A stretch of DNA of 61,907 nt, filler included, from Sphacelaria rigidula (lineage: Eukaryota): the NCBI GenBank assembly GCA_964200075.2. It is 6 parts of 6 records of this genome, joined end to end, with 100 filler letters (N's around TTAATTAATTAA, not from the genome) between each part and the next. Parts side by side here need not be neighbours in the genome. Positions count along the whole stretch, not along the records: positions 31,006 to 41,240 come from CAXNAA020006884.1; positions 41,341 to 51,574 come from CAXNAA020006885.1; 4 more parts are not named here. One strand, written 5' to 3'. Positions 35,916 through 49,274 of the stretch are shown piece after piece. The first letter of the stretch is position 1, and each line of letters begins with the position of its first letter. The position numbers and the translations under genes were made by a program. The notes beneath the pieces are model-generated. The model had not been told where the DNA came from, ran no database searches, and saw only the letters and a list, made by a program, of their open reading frames with translations.

Positions 35916-37017
35916 CGGTAGGTAAGGTACCGTACAGAGCGTATCCCCGGTATTTACCGCGGTATTTCGAGATACCAGTGCCTACCGTACCCGCCTAATC
36001 AGGTATATTTCAAATGTCATACCTACGACACCTACGATACCACGGTATTTCGATATACAAGTGCCTGCCGTACCCGACCAATCGAGTATTTTTCAAATTC
36101 CATGTAGTCTTTTTTTGCTCTTTATGCGCGCATATACTTTAGCATAAAACGGGGTTTTGCGCATAAGCATATGCGTTTTCTCCAAAACTTATGTTTGTGG
36201 AGATTTCGGCATAATAAAGGCATAAAAGCTAAGTTTTACGCACACCTTGGCGCATATAGTACTCCAACGGGATTATGCACCCCATGTTCAGCATGCTCCG
36301 TCTCGAAAGGGATGTGTGGTCAATGGTCACACGACTAAGGCAAGCAACAAATGAGTACGCCCCATGTCCAGCAGCTAGTAGCTGCCCACGGGTGCTCCAT
36401 GTGGCGTGGTTCGTGGAGTCGTGGTGTTCGTGTTTGTGATTTGTTTTTCTTGACTCTGTTGCGGGTCTGATATCGGTTATGGTGCTGTATGTGAGCTACT
36501 TCATGTTTGTGTGAAACTGATGAAAAAAACTCGAAATGTTCAACATGCCATCTCGTTTTCTTGGTGAAAGAAAGGTACGTTTCATGAGCGGTGCCGCCAG
36601 GAACCCCCCAGGAACCGTCTCAAGAAAGACGCGAAAAAGGCGCATAAGTCGCGCATAGTTCACCAAAATACGCGTAAATCGGTGCATGACGTTCACTTTC
36701 GAACATGAAACAAAATGGAAAAACGCGCATAAAAAAGAAAATGCGCATGAAAAGCAAAAGCCTAAATCTATACCTCCGATACCTCCGATACCTACGATAC
36801 TACGGTATTTCGACATACCAATGCCTGCTCCACCCGCTCAGTCAGGTAGTAGTTTCAAAACCCGTACCTATGATTATCCACGATATCACGGTAGTTCGAA
36901 ATTTCAATACCTACCTTACCCGCTCTATCAGGTCTTTCCAGAACTCATACTTACGATACCCACACATGATACCCCGGTATATACCGGGGTACGCTCGGTA
37001 CGGTACCTCACCTACGG
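35916..37017. mobile_element. MITE with nested insertions
   Basis: TIRs CGGTAGGTAAGGTACCGTACAGAGCGTATCCCCGGTAT / ATACCGGGGTACGCTCGGTACGGTACCTCACCTACGG. The tandem units are interrupted at ~36105-36765 by a second element with degenerate TIRs, which itself contains an R1 fragment. Confidence 0.65.
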
Positions 37018-40000
37018 TTCCGGTGGAGTATTTTATCTGACATCCAGTTGTCGTCGAAATCAATGCATGGTCTAAAGGCGCTGCCTTCGTTCTTTCGAAG
37101 TAAGGTCAGCATCCCCGGTTGAGTGACACCCCTTGAAATTAGGTAATGCAGTTGGCTCGTAAACCATGGCTGCAGCGTGCGATATGGTGTGACACTGTCG
37201 GACAATGATTCTGCTCATGCCGTACGTTTGTTGGCAGCTATAATGCGACGGCAGTGGCAACATTCCACCGGGAGACAAGAGAAACCATCGGCATCATCAT
37301 CGGAAATTATCAGTTCGACTGCGATGCCGTTCATTTAAATGCATTTTTGCCAATGCACCACTTCGGTTGCTTCCTTGTGTGCGGTTGCTCCCACAGGGGT
37401 AAGATCCTGATCTTTTTTCGTGTTCAACGGGTCAGGCTTGTGGCCTGTGAAATCAGCTGACACTCAAATGACGATATGAAGAGTCATCAACAATGGGCAC
37501 AAAACATCTCTTCTTTGGCGCACGACGAATATGAATCATGTCTTGAGCTGGAATTACCTCGGTACATCTGGGGCAGAAGATATATTGTCCCGTATGTAGA
37601 GGTCGAGCCATGGCAGTATCAGCTGGAAGAAGACGAGACGAGTAGTACTGTCACAAAGTTGTGCTATTTCGCTAGTGCAAGTTGTTTCAACATTTTGTTT
37701 CGAATTTATTCAGTTAGTGATGTGCGGCAGTACTGCGAAAATGGGCTGTGCTGTTGATACCCATCGATGGGTCCCTTTCGTACAGAAGACGCTTCCTGTT
37801 GCGTTTTGTTTTCTCCGTCTCTTTCCTGGGGAGCGGGTTTGCGGGTTTACACGAGTCCGTCGTCGGATCCATATCATCAAGGTCGGCAAATGTTGGATTC
37901 AAGCCTCAGCCTTTGACCGCCAGGATATGCGATCTTTTTTCGAAGAATCGTTGGCATCATATCCACTTCAACAATAAATGGAATACGTAGATCACCCATC
38001 CTAGCGGTCGATTTGTTTTGACTCCAACCCCTGGTAACTCTGACGACAACCCAAGGCATGAACCAAAAGCCCCCGCGCAAGGCATGTACACGGCGTACCC
38101 TAGGTGAGGTGTACGTCGGCATAGCTCAAATCGGCACCGCAGGCGCCGATCCAAGTAAAACCACGTGCTGCGCACGCGAGCACGATGGGGGCACCCGTTA
38201 CTGTCGGACCCTTACTTGCACAGTAACTTCGCGATCGGATGTAATGGTTCTGCACTCTAATAGAGGTATCTTGAACTCGAAGTTGTCAGTATATTCAAGT
38301 GCAAATTACTGTGAAATATAGTGGGCATGTCGAGTTTGAGGTACTGTGCGTCTATTATAAAGTACGCTCGAGCGCTGGAAATTTGACGATGACCGTCTGG
38401 TCACCTAACTCTCTTCTGCACTCTCACTTTTTATCCGACCACGGTACGAGTGGCGAACTGCAATTTTTCAATAATTTATTTGAATCTTTGAGGCTATAAT
38501 GATACAGTTCACAGACCACATTTCGGCTGCCGTTGAGAAACCGATCTTTGGCGGCTTAACATTCAAAGGATTCTACATGTGTGATCTCTGTTTTGTTTGA
38601 CTCTTACATGCTAACACACCTGCTGTCGTAACCGTCTCCGAGTCTCACGAAACAGCCCCCCTCCCCCCCCCTTTCCACTCCTCCTTGACGATCAGTCTTT
38701 CATTCCCCCATCATTCAGTCTTCAGCATCACTCCATCTCCGCTTCCACACCAGCATAGGTAATTGCCGTGTTTAGCTCTTGCACTCAGTCAAACTATCAT
38801 ACCCTTCGCATTACGATCACTTCTCCACTGCAGACAAGACGGACTGCATCAAACGACAAGCTTCGTCTGTTTCCGGCTGTCGGCATCTGCTATCCACTGT
38901 TACACTTCACTTCAACTCAGCCATGTCGAGATCTACCCGAGACTCCGCCCATGCTGACCTCCAACTCGAGCTCCAGCTGCGCATGCTGAGCAAAGCCGCG
39001 TTCATGGTAAGAGGGGTGGTGGGTACACAGTCACACAAACACGGGTTGAGGTACGAGTAGTGAGGGCGTGTCGCGCCGCAGATACCTACTTGTAAGCGCA
39101 CAATTATGTCTACCGACTAAATTAGTATGCACATCGCATCAGTGCCCGTGGGTTGTTGGGCGGTTGTGGTAAAGCCAGCTATCGAGCGTTTCGGGGTTTG
39201 GCCCAATCGAGCAACGCAAGCAAATTCTCTTTAGCTTTCGTAAGCTTAACCTTTCGGTTGGTGTGCAGGGCTCGGAGTACAAGGCATTTCCTTCCCTGTA
39301 GCGCATTGCTGCTGAAGCAGCTGCCACCAGGGCGCCTTGTCTCTCAAAATCAACCAAGCAACAGCGTTTGTTTTTTCTATATTTCCATCCCAGCGTCCTG
39401 TGTGGTTCTGATAGATGCAGCACTGTGACGGGCTGCCGTTCATTTGGTGAAACTCAAGTGCGCTGCTGGCTCATGCCTCCGCCCAAGGCGCTTCTGCTTG
39501 CTGCTTGTGTTGTGCTGTCTGTGTTGCCGTGCGTGTGAGCAACACACTTGTATAGCAGCCTCCTTGTCCGATACGCTGATTTGAATTCACGGGCGCCCAT
39601 GCGCAGCTCGGCGTTTTGCCTCGTGCCACGTGCGTACTGTTTTTGTTGCACAAATAACTGGTTGTGGCACAGCCCGCAGCGAATTTTTCGTGCATGATGA
39701 TGGAGGAGCGAGATAGTATTGCTGTACTATTCCATTGTACATACAAGGCGGAGCTTGATTCGTTCAGTCTTTGCAGGGATCGGGAGTGCTGGGTAATGAG
39801 AGGACAAAGACGTTCTTTCCTGGACGTTTCGCGGTTTCTTTTTACACGCTTTCCCGACACTGCACTATAACAGTGGAGTCCGTAGGAATATGAGAGACAT
39901 GAAACACACACGGACAGTGCTGGAAATACTGCTTTTGGCGGTCTTCACTGAGCTGAGATAGGTTGCCGCTCGAATAGATGCGGTGCACTTGGCTTCTTCC

Positions 40001-41240
40001 TCTCTTTTTCCCTCCCTGTGTCTGTTCCCGTCTTTGTCTTTTTCTGTCTGTCTCCTTGTCGCACACTCGTAATTCATGATGTGCTGTCTCTCTTACGCTA
40101 CATCTGGTGGGTACTGTGCGGAAATGTCACAAAAGACTCGCCGCCTGAATGTATGTGCACCTGCACCTCTGGAGTACAATGCAGTACATGATCAAGGACT
40201 ATTATAGTATCTTACTCTCCACCAACAGTAAGCACGACATGTTCTTGGATGTTGAACTACTGTACGAGACACTCGCTTCCGGCCCGTACGACGCCACCAC
40301 GTCTCGCGCTGTGCGTCGGTTTGGCATTGACTCTCGCCTTGATGCGAAGCTGTAGCGGTATATCCGTCATGTACGATGTTTACCTCGTGTGACAATAACC
40401 GGGTTGCTTTGAAGAGCGATTTCCAGTAGATAGATAGGCTGTCTGTACGAGTAGTGCGCCGCCCATGGCTATTCTTCTCTCTGGAAAAATATTCAAATCC
40501 ATTTCTCAAGTGAGGTATCTCGAACGAGATGTCGCACAAAAAACAGTGACAACAGTATCTGACGGTAAATCTGCCCGAAAAAGATCAGTGGAGCATTCCA
40601 AGATGACATTTTCGTACGAGTAGCACACGAGGAGGCGTCTTGAGCTCCATTGTGCGTGTTCCTCTCGTGGTACTGTTGTATTGCTAGACCGACTCCTAGG
40701 CGACATGTTGTGAGGAACGGAATCAACGATACCAGATGGCCAATTCTGTACTCGTCCAAAGATCCAAAATACCGCACCAAGAACACAGAGAAACTGCTTG
40801 TTGTAGCCGCACATCGATTTTTCAATCTGCCCGCAGCAGACGATTAGACACCAACGCTGTTCTTCCCACCAAACGCGCTAATTCGTCACTTAGACGTCAC
40901 CTTTCTAGTCAGAAATCAGCTCTTACGCTTCCGCCTTCTTCGGATCTCCCCCGTGGTGTCGCGTGTCGGACCGGCACTCCTTCATGGGCAGCTCCACGGT
41001 CGTGTGAAGCACGTCTCCTTGCTTTAGGTCTGGTTCCATCTCAAATCTTGTACTATGGTTTTTGTATGCGGGCATCTTCCTATCACTGATTTTTTTCTTC
41101 TTTCGGCACAAGACTGGTAGGTAGTTTCCGTACCGGTAAGTAGGGGTATGCTTTTTATTTATGCGCGCATGTGTTCATGTCTACCTGTCGCGCGTCGAGT
41201 TTGGAAAACCGAGTTCCACTCCCTGAAGTCCGAATGGCCA

Positions 41241-41340
41241 NNNNNNNNNNNNNNNNNNNNNNNNNNNNNNNNNNNNNNNNNNNNTTAATTAATTAANNNN
41301 NNNNNNNNNNNNNNNNNNNNNNNNNNNNNNNNNNNNNNNN
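41241..41340. other. Artificial contig spacer 4
   Basis: Same structure. Confidence 0.97.
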
Positions 41341-42369
41341 ATGGTCAAAAGAGCAAACCAAACAACAAATGAGTACGCCCCCCCCCCCCCCCTCCCCCTC
41401 CTCGTAGGGCTTGACTGCACGATGTATCTGAAAGTCGTTATATGTATATATGTGAATATATATATGAACCGAGTGATTTTGATCGTGTGACACAATGTTC
41501 CTTCTGTTTCGTAGCTATGCTAATCCGAGCCGCAAAAGTGTCGGGGTGTTCCATGACACTATACCGACCAGAGACAAGTAATCTACCCTTCCTATTCTTC
41601 CTGGAATGCTCCGCCCAGGTACACTCTGTTTTAGACTCCAACCTCTTCACGGGTGCGTCGCGCGCTCAGGTGACGCCCTCCCAGTTCACACAGGGCATAC
41701 TCCTCCTTACCATCCACACGCACCCTACGAGTTGGCACTGTCCGTGTCCCACAGTAGTGCTTTGAACCCGTACCTCAAAACCTGAAAATATATATACTTT
41801 TCGGATTAGTGTACTGACCGCGCGACATTCCCGGAAAATGCCTGGCGCTGTATGATGCGCTCGGGTCTGGAGCACCCAACGCAACAATAGTACTCTAATC
41901 GCACGCGTAGCCGTCGAGAACGGGCCGGAAAAGGTCGAAAGCTCGATGGAGTGTCCGCAGCAAGGCCCCGTCCCCGTTAAATACAAATGAAAAATATCCA
42001 CAGACAGGGGGCTGAGGTAGAAACGTCGGACGAGAGATCTGAGTAGGAGTAACTTTGTTTCGGCGCGTGCGTGTGTGTGGCTGTGTGTAATGCACACCCA
42101 CATCATGTTGAGAAAAGCGCCACCGTTTGTGCACCTAGCTGCGCAGGCAATCCCACGGTAAAGTGCACGGCTTGTACTGAAACAACAGCATTATGGTGAC
42201 TGAATTATGCTCTTCTCTTGGTCTGCTGTGTTGATTATATCGGTACCGCCATGTGCGCCGTACCGTCTCTACAGCCTCGTCCGTTGCGACTTGAGCTTTT
42301 CTCTCGGGAACACACGGACAAGTGTCACCCAGAGTCGGTCATATGCTGCATGGGAATATTTCTACTTGA

Positions 42370-42940
42370 AAAGTGAATGCAAAACACAGATGACCCACCC
42401 TCAGGGTCGAAGTGTTAAACTTCGTAGAGCCGGTTTCAGGAAAATATCTCCCTCTCCAGCGGTTTTGACTTGAAGGATCAATGTAAGGCGCAGATGGCCC
42501 ACCTTGGCGATCAAGATTCGTTTTTGTAGTCTGATACTTAGTGATACCCATAGACGAAGAAAAGGGACGCAGAGAGGGCCGAGATAAGATATCGCTATAC
42601 TGTACTGTACTACGCTGTACCGCATTGTGCTGTGCTGTGCGGTGTACTTCGCGGCTTTGTCTAGCGATACCCACAACAGCCACCCCCAGGATATGGGTCA
42701 TTTGTGTTGCATGGGCATCATATACAAAAATGAATGCAAGACAGAGATGGCCCACCGTGGCGGTCCAAGGCTTTAATTTTGCAACAAACTGGCAGCAGGA
42801 AAATGTGACGCCCTCGAAGGGTTTGGCGTAATTCGATCGTTGGCGATACCCATAGAAAAAGGGAACGGACACAGCGGGGGAGAGAGAGAAGACAACAGGG
42901 TATTGTACTATACAGCATTGTACTGTGGTACTGTGCACTT
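42370..42940 (+). repeat. Degenerate ~300-350-bp tandem duplication
   Basis: AATGCAA-ACA-AGATG-CCCACC at ~42376 and ~42734; GATACCCATAGA..AAAAGGGA..TGTACT at ~42543 and ~42845. Confidence 0.55.
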
Positions 42941-43844
42941 TGGATCGGCTTTGTCTCGACCTTTAGTATGCAGCCACCTCCAGGTTGGGTAATCTCTGTT
43001 GCATTGGCACAGTTTTGACGTGAAAATGAAGGACGAACAGACAGTTCGGGCCATGCAAATCGGCAGGGAGGTGTACGTATCGTGGGTGCAGAAGGGCTTC
43101 TGCGCTTTTCCCCCGACTGATCGGAAGAATCACTCACATCTCACTGGGTTGCGCGATTTTTTCAGCAGAAAGATCCGGGACAATTTTTGAAAACAAATCC
43201 TTCATGTTTGGGGCCGGATTAGTATAGCTAACTGCTGATATGACGCACACATGAGCGGAAACAGGGAGTATATGATCAAGATATAATGACATTTCATGAT
43301 GGATACGATCAGTTTTCGTCGAAAATGCAAAATTATTGTTTTTTCGACACTTTTCAGGGTGATCTGCAACAAATTTCCCATTTCTCTCTTCCGTACTCGT
43401 ACACTGACTTGGGGCGTTTCTTGGCACATTTTTTTTTCAATCGTAAGGCCAACCGCTCTTTGACAACCCAGTAAAGGGGAGCCGGGAGCTTTTCCCAAAA
43501 AATGCAGAGATGTTGGTGCGCCGTACAGCAATGCCCAAACCTGTTTTTCCGTGTTCCGTTGTTCCAGCCCAAGATTGGCTGTGGCTGGCTGTCAGGCCTT
43601 CACCACAACGGTACGAGCTGAACCAGCTGACAGTGATTCGCGAATGTATCTGGGCCGGGCGGTGGGTAATCCGAAGCGTTGGGCTCTGAAATTTTGATAC
43701 AATGTTTTCATCATCACTGCGCACAACCTTCCCGGGGATGCCAACAAAAAAAAACAAAATGAGAGCGATTTGAAGTATCCGCAGGAACTAGAAATATGCT
43801 AAACTCTGTGAAAATAATGAAATACGAGGGCATCTCTGATATAG

Positions 43845-44210
43845 TTGTGCGTTCTGGCGTGGAGAAGATCCTGGTAAAATTTCAGCCATAACTTTCAGAA
43901 ATTTGGCGCAGCATCCAACGTTTCGTGTGGCACGGCTGCGCTACTTTAATCCAAGATGCAGTCGACTCCAATTATGGAGGGCACGGGTTCAAATCCCGGC
44001 GGATTCCTTTTTTTTTTGTTCCGTCGATTAGGTGATACATTATGCAGTATATATTCTTCATCTCTTTTTTCATTCAGCGGCGGTCCGGTGCGTCACCACG
44101 TTGATCTGCAGGTCAAACCGATGTACTCAAGTCGGGCTGATTTGGTAAACTTGATGAGTTATGGTGTGACATGCAAATGCGGGATTCACTGCTGGCCCAG
44201 CTCGTGAAGC
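43845..44210 (+). repeat. Dispersed repeat family R2 copy
   Basis: Homologous to 34240-34590; GGGTTCAAATCCC B-box-like motif followed by a T-run. Confidence 0.6.
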
Positions 44211-44323
44211 TTTGTACCGTGTATGTGATGTAGTACGGTACAGTACAGTCTTGTATGGTGCGATCTTTTCCCGTCCAGTCCAGCACTTTTTACGTGCGCG
44301 CTAGCTGTTTCGAAGTGATCACC

Positions 44324-44781
44324 ACTATCCCCCCCATGCGCATTCAACTTTGATGGATATTTCACCGGTGAATCGTCTTGCGCGGCCGAGTTCTCACTGT
44401 CGGCGTACGACGTCGACTTTCCGTGGAATCTCCGTGCTTGTCTTTCTGCTGGGTGTGTCACATTGGCACAGGCATCACGATGGCATGTTAGCGTCGGTCG
44501 GAGACGTTGATATCTGGGAAAGTTGGTATGTCCGGTAAACAGCTTGGCAGTGTGCCTCCCAGGCTGTTTACTGGACATACCACCTTCCTGAGACATGAAC
44601 GTCTCCGCCTGACGCTAACATGCGATCGCGATGCCTGTGCCAATGTGACACACCCAGCAGAAGACAAGCACGGAGATTCCACGGGAATTTGATGTTCTAC
44701 GCCGACAGTGAGGAATCGGCCGCGCAAGACGATTCGCCGGTGAGATATCCATCAAAGTTGAACGCTGAGGGCGAGTTATAG
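44324..44781. repeat. Long non-coding hairpin (~205-bp arms, very short loop)
   Basis: TTCAACTTTGATGGATATTTCACCGG.. pairs with ..CCGGTGAGATATCCATCAAAGTTGAA; the loop is near 44548-44558. Confidence 0.9.
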
Positions 44782-45333
44782 CACATTATGTTTTCAATCG
44801 AAAGAGTGGGATAGCAACGATTTTTTTCGATCTGATAGGTCAACCGCATTTCCGTTGATAGCTAGCTTCAACTATCTTTGATAGTTAGTGGCGCACGGAT
44901 CAGAAGGAGAGAACATTAGCGCTGCCGTAAGCTTTTCCGAACGAGAATATGCGGACAAAATGTACGAGGCGGCACGTGACTCCTATCTTGCAGACCACCA
45001 CGCCAGATCCCACCCGTTCACGGAACCATGCAAACCACACACAACTCATTATCAGCGACCACCGCAACCCTGCAGTACAGAGCACGAGCTGAGAACATGG
45101 ACAGATGCACAGCAGTAGTTGGTGTGATGGATGGATAATTATGTGGGTGAATAGGGGCCGATTTTGGATGCCATATTTCGGGTGAGTGTGCCTCGACACC
45201 TGTTCACGGAAGAAATGGATCCTCAATGAGCCAATCAGTATCAATCACACGTGCAGGCGTCACCTCCAAATAACGACCTGGCTCATACGAAATGTATGTA
45301 GAACATTTCTCTAACACCCGTGTGACAGACGTG

Positions 45334-46714
45334 TTTTAGGTCCGCTGTGCGAATCGAGCGAATCCCTTGCTTCATCCCCTTGCTTTTGTGTGTGTCCGGG
45401 TGGCTGTAGAGTACCACAGGCCGGCTTCCTTCCTGTGTCGAGAAAAATGCGATGGAAGTGCTACAGCTGTCGCATACTCAACCAAGTTAATTAGGGACGG
45501 AGCGTGTGTCCTACGTGGAACAGCTCAGAACAGCTGATGACGTGTTTACTATTCCTCCGCGTTATTCCTATATATTGTTTCCTGCACGTGTTTTGTTTTT
45601 GTCGTTTTGACCCTTGTTTACCCCTATAACAGTGCAGGCAATACAAAGCTGCACGTTGTCCAAGCCCTTTTCACGTTGCATTGTGAGCAAAGGGTAAACA
45701 GATAGTCCTGCGCTGTCTGTACTGCACGTTTGCCGGCTTCTCTTTCGCATCCTTGCGTACGAAACAAGCACACATGCAATCAGCTACACTGTGTACAACC
45801 AGAGTAGACAGTGCGGTAGTGTCTGTACTGTAGACAAGCGAAGACTAACCATTTCACGAGTTTCACTATTTTTCTTCGATCAAAAAGTTGAAAATTCGCT
45901 TGGACCTACCTCGAGAAAATGAGCGAATTTCGCTCAATTCGGTTCCACCGCTCTTTTTTTTCGATCGAAAAATATGTGTTCAGACACGCCGTGATGAGGA
46001 GAATATTGGTGGTCACTTCACAATGACTTGGGCATGGCAGAAGACACGACTACTGCGCAGGCGGGTATACCGTAACGACTGGAAACTCACCAGTGGATTC
46101 AGGCTTGTTAACGCTCATCACCCGGAATTTATTCGTGCGCGAATCCCAACGTCTATTTTGGAGTGGGAATCTGAAAATTTGCGCATGAAAACTCCGAGTC
46201 ATTACATTTTTTTTTAGGATTGATGTCTTTCGAATGTGAATTCTTTCACCGGTTATCGGAGGTCCCAGGGTCCTGCCGGATCACGCTGCGTTCTGGGAAC
46301 CCAGAAAACCAGCGAAATAACGAAAAATCGAAAGACCTCAATCTTCGATAGCTTCGTAGTGACCCATTGTTTATCTGCAAATTGCCACAGCTATGCCCGT
46401 GAATGAAGGACTTACCGACCAAAAATCCGTTGTCAACCAAGAATAAAATAAACGCGGAGGGATATCGAAGACGTATTGAAGAGGTTATAGACTGGTCGGA
46501 CCTGTGCCGAACCTATGCCGAACCCCTGCCAAACAGAACACACGCTCCATCCCAAATGATTTAGGTCTGGTATGCGACAGCTGTACTTTTTCATCGCGTT
46601 TTTCTCGAGAGAGGGAGCAAATCGGCGTGTGACACTTCACAGTCCCCTGCACACACACTAGACCTATTCAGTGTGGCGGCGGATTTGCTTAATTCGCCAC
46701 AGCGGATCCGAAAA
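45334..46714. mobile_element. Old element with ~175-bp diverged terminal inverted repeats
   Basis: 45334-45510 pairs with 46536-46714 (shared TCCGCTGTG, CGAGAAAAA-GCGATG, ACAGCTGTCGCATAC, GGAGCGTGTGT). Confidence 0.6.
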
Positions 46715-47677
46715 GCCCCAGAACGTCGAAGAAAATGCGCTTTTCAGTACATTTTGGCGGTTTGCAAAGTGCTGCGGGCTGCGCGGCGCGCGTTACGGAA
46801 ATCCGCCGCCACGCTGAATTGTTGTGGCGTGTGAGAAGCGCACGCATCAAACCGAAGTCCAATCCTCTGCTTCGTTGCCGAGATATCTGCGGTGAAAGAT
46901 AAGCACAGCAACATACAGCAACAAGAGGGGCACAACAACAACGCGAGCAGCAGCTTCCATCTTCCTATTGTTGTAACCCTGTGTACAGGTGTACAGCAAC
47001 GTCAGTCACAGGTTTGTTGTAGAATGTACTGTAGCAATAGTACGTCGTCATTTCGAGTGACGCGTGTACTTGTGATTGATACTGATTGGCTCATTTAGGT
47101 TTCATTTCTTCTGCATTCAACTGACTGCGTAGTTGGTCGGTCCATTTTCCAGGTATATAGTGCCCAAAATCCAGCGCTCATCGTGCTGATTGATAACTCC
47201 GTGCTTTCTTGGTCAGGTCATGGAGAGGCGGATGCGGAAGATGTACAAGATGCAGCGTGGCCGTAAGAAGCAGCGCAAGGGGAAACGCTCGAAGCAAGAC
47301 TTCTTGTATTCCCGGTTTCGCCGCTTCTTGCAGTCGCGCGTGAATATGTACATTTGTTATCTCCGCCTCCTCATGGCCTTGACGAGTAAGCACTGAAGAT
47401 CCAACAGCATAATGAGCGCTATTCCTGGCGGACATCGGCGAGGAGAGTCGACATCCACCCGTCCGTCCCCGTAGCAAGAATCGCTGGGTTGGACGAAATC
47501 TTGTACGGTGTGCACTTTCAGGGTCGAACTCCAAGAAAAAGCGTGGTAGATTTTTTTTCGTTTTTGTGCAATGAAGTACGCTTCAAAGGTTAAAAACTCT
47601 GAGCACGTGGTTTCAGTTAGTATCGAGACCGATCTGCCGGGTACGTTTAATGTGGGAATAACTGCATTGGGATTTTT

Positions 47678-47851
47678 CACACCCTGGACAACAGACGGTC
47701 AATAGATGCAATAGATAATATATGTACTGGATAAAGTATATATGCCTATTATAACTATTGACGGTCCACAATAGTTGCAATAGGTCTATACTTCACCCAT
47801 TACACTTGTCGTCTATTGCATCCATTGACCATATGTATTGTCTAGGGTGTG
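47678..47851. mobile_element. MITE with CACACCCTGGACAA TIR
   Basis: Terminal inverted repeats; the same TIR occurs at 58856-58989. Confidence 0.6.
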
Positions 47852-48874
47852 GAATTTTTCTTCGGGTGGGGCAACAAAGCCTCATCCGAATATTCTTTGG
47901 GCTATCCCGGGACGCGTCCTCATATTTTTCACACAGTTGACCATGACGGGTCAGTATGACACGACGTATGCGACTATTGAGTGGGTATCGCGGAAGTCAT
48001 TCGGTGTTGAATGGATTTTGGGGGATCATCTTGAACAAACCTGTACATGATGCCTGCACTAGCTGATATTTTTGTGTGTACGTGTAGCCGTGCAGTGCCG
48101 ATAACCACGCGTGAGAAACGCATGTGTCGTTCATCCTCTCCAAGGATTGTGGCCTGTATTCCGTTCAGGCGCAAGGATGTGTGTGTATCTTTTCGCGTGG
48201 GCCGTCAATTTTTTTAATTCAGATGGAAGAACAACTGTACGTGTGGAGGGCATAATCCGTCTGTTCGCCGTATAGGCTAGGCTTCTTTTTACATAGTGCC
48301 CCTTTTTACTCTCGCGATACGGTTCGTCCGATGACAACTGACAGTTTTTTTCGTACGATAAATGGGCATGAGACGTTCGCACACGGAGGGCAGGTTAATT
48401 TTTTTGTTACACAAAAACGCAGCAAAGGAAGCAACGTACCCGTAGGTGACATACATGAATAGCGTGAGACTATAGTGCAAGCAAGGAAGAGCTACCCTAC
48501 ACTTCAGGCCCGTGTTTCTCACCGCACTGTGCCACATGATAGTTTTGGGAGTAAAATTCGAGTGGTGTGCTCGGTGTCGGGGGCTAGGCATTGGGCGGGG
48601 GTGCTTCAAACCGGGTAGATGCCGCATGTTTAGGTGAAAATTCAGCTACCGCCACAACCCGTTCTTCTTCACCACGCGAGCCGGCTTCTTCTTACCTGAT
48701 GAGAAAATTCAACATGCTGCAGTATTATACTACGATGCGGTACAGCTTGTGCGTCACACCAATCTCTCCCGTAGACACAAACAAGCTCCCCTGTGCGCCG
48801 AAAGGTGCAAGACGTGATGCTCTTGCTCCGACCGACCCACCCTAACCAACCCTCACCCGGAATCACAGATAGAT

Positions 48875-49274
48875 GAGTACGGCATGATCAAGCAAGATCC
48901 CGCCTGCAAGGTCATCTCGGAGGGCTCCATAACTTACACCAAGAGCGGCATCAAGTTTGCGGTAGGCGTGCCCAAAGCCGGTAGCAAAGACATGGCCGCA
49001 TCCCACGCAGAAGCAACACCGTCACTGGCCACACGTGTGCCCGCATATGACTTCTCGACCGCCCTGGCAAGGGCCTTGCCAGCGCGGTCGAGAAGTTATA
49101 TGCGGGCACAGGTGTGTGGCCAATGACGTGTGCTTCGGCGTGGGATGCGGCCATGCGGTCTTTGCTATCGGCTTTGGGCACGCCTGCCGCAGACTTGATC
49201 CCGCTCTTGGTGTAAGTTATGGGCCCCTCCGAAATGACCTTGCAGCCGGGGTGTTGCTTGATCATGCCGTACTC
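48875..49274. repeat. Spacerless inverted duplication of coding-like sequence
   Basis: ~200-bp arms centred on CTGGCAAGG-G-CCTTGCCAG (49073). ORFs 48884..49126 (+) and 48951..49265 (-) encode near-identical peptides. Confidence 0.92.

Noticed and set aside
38760-40850. Possible decayed coding region in contig 4
   Set aside because: Only short ORFs, with no consistent splice phases or recognisable motifs.
47217-47340. Basic exon-like fragment resembling a Harbinger transposase N-terminus
   Set aside because: No downstream catalytic motifs; it cannot be assigned.
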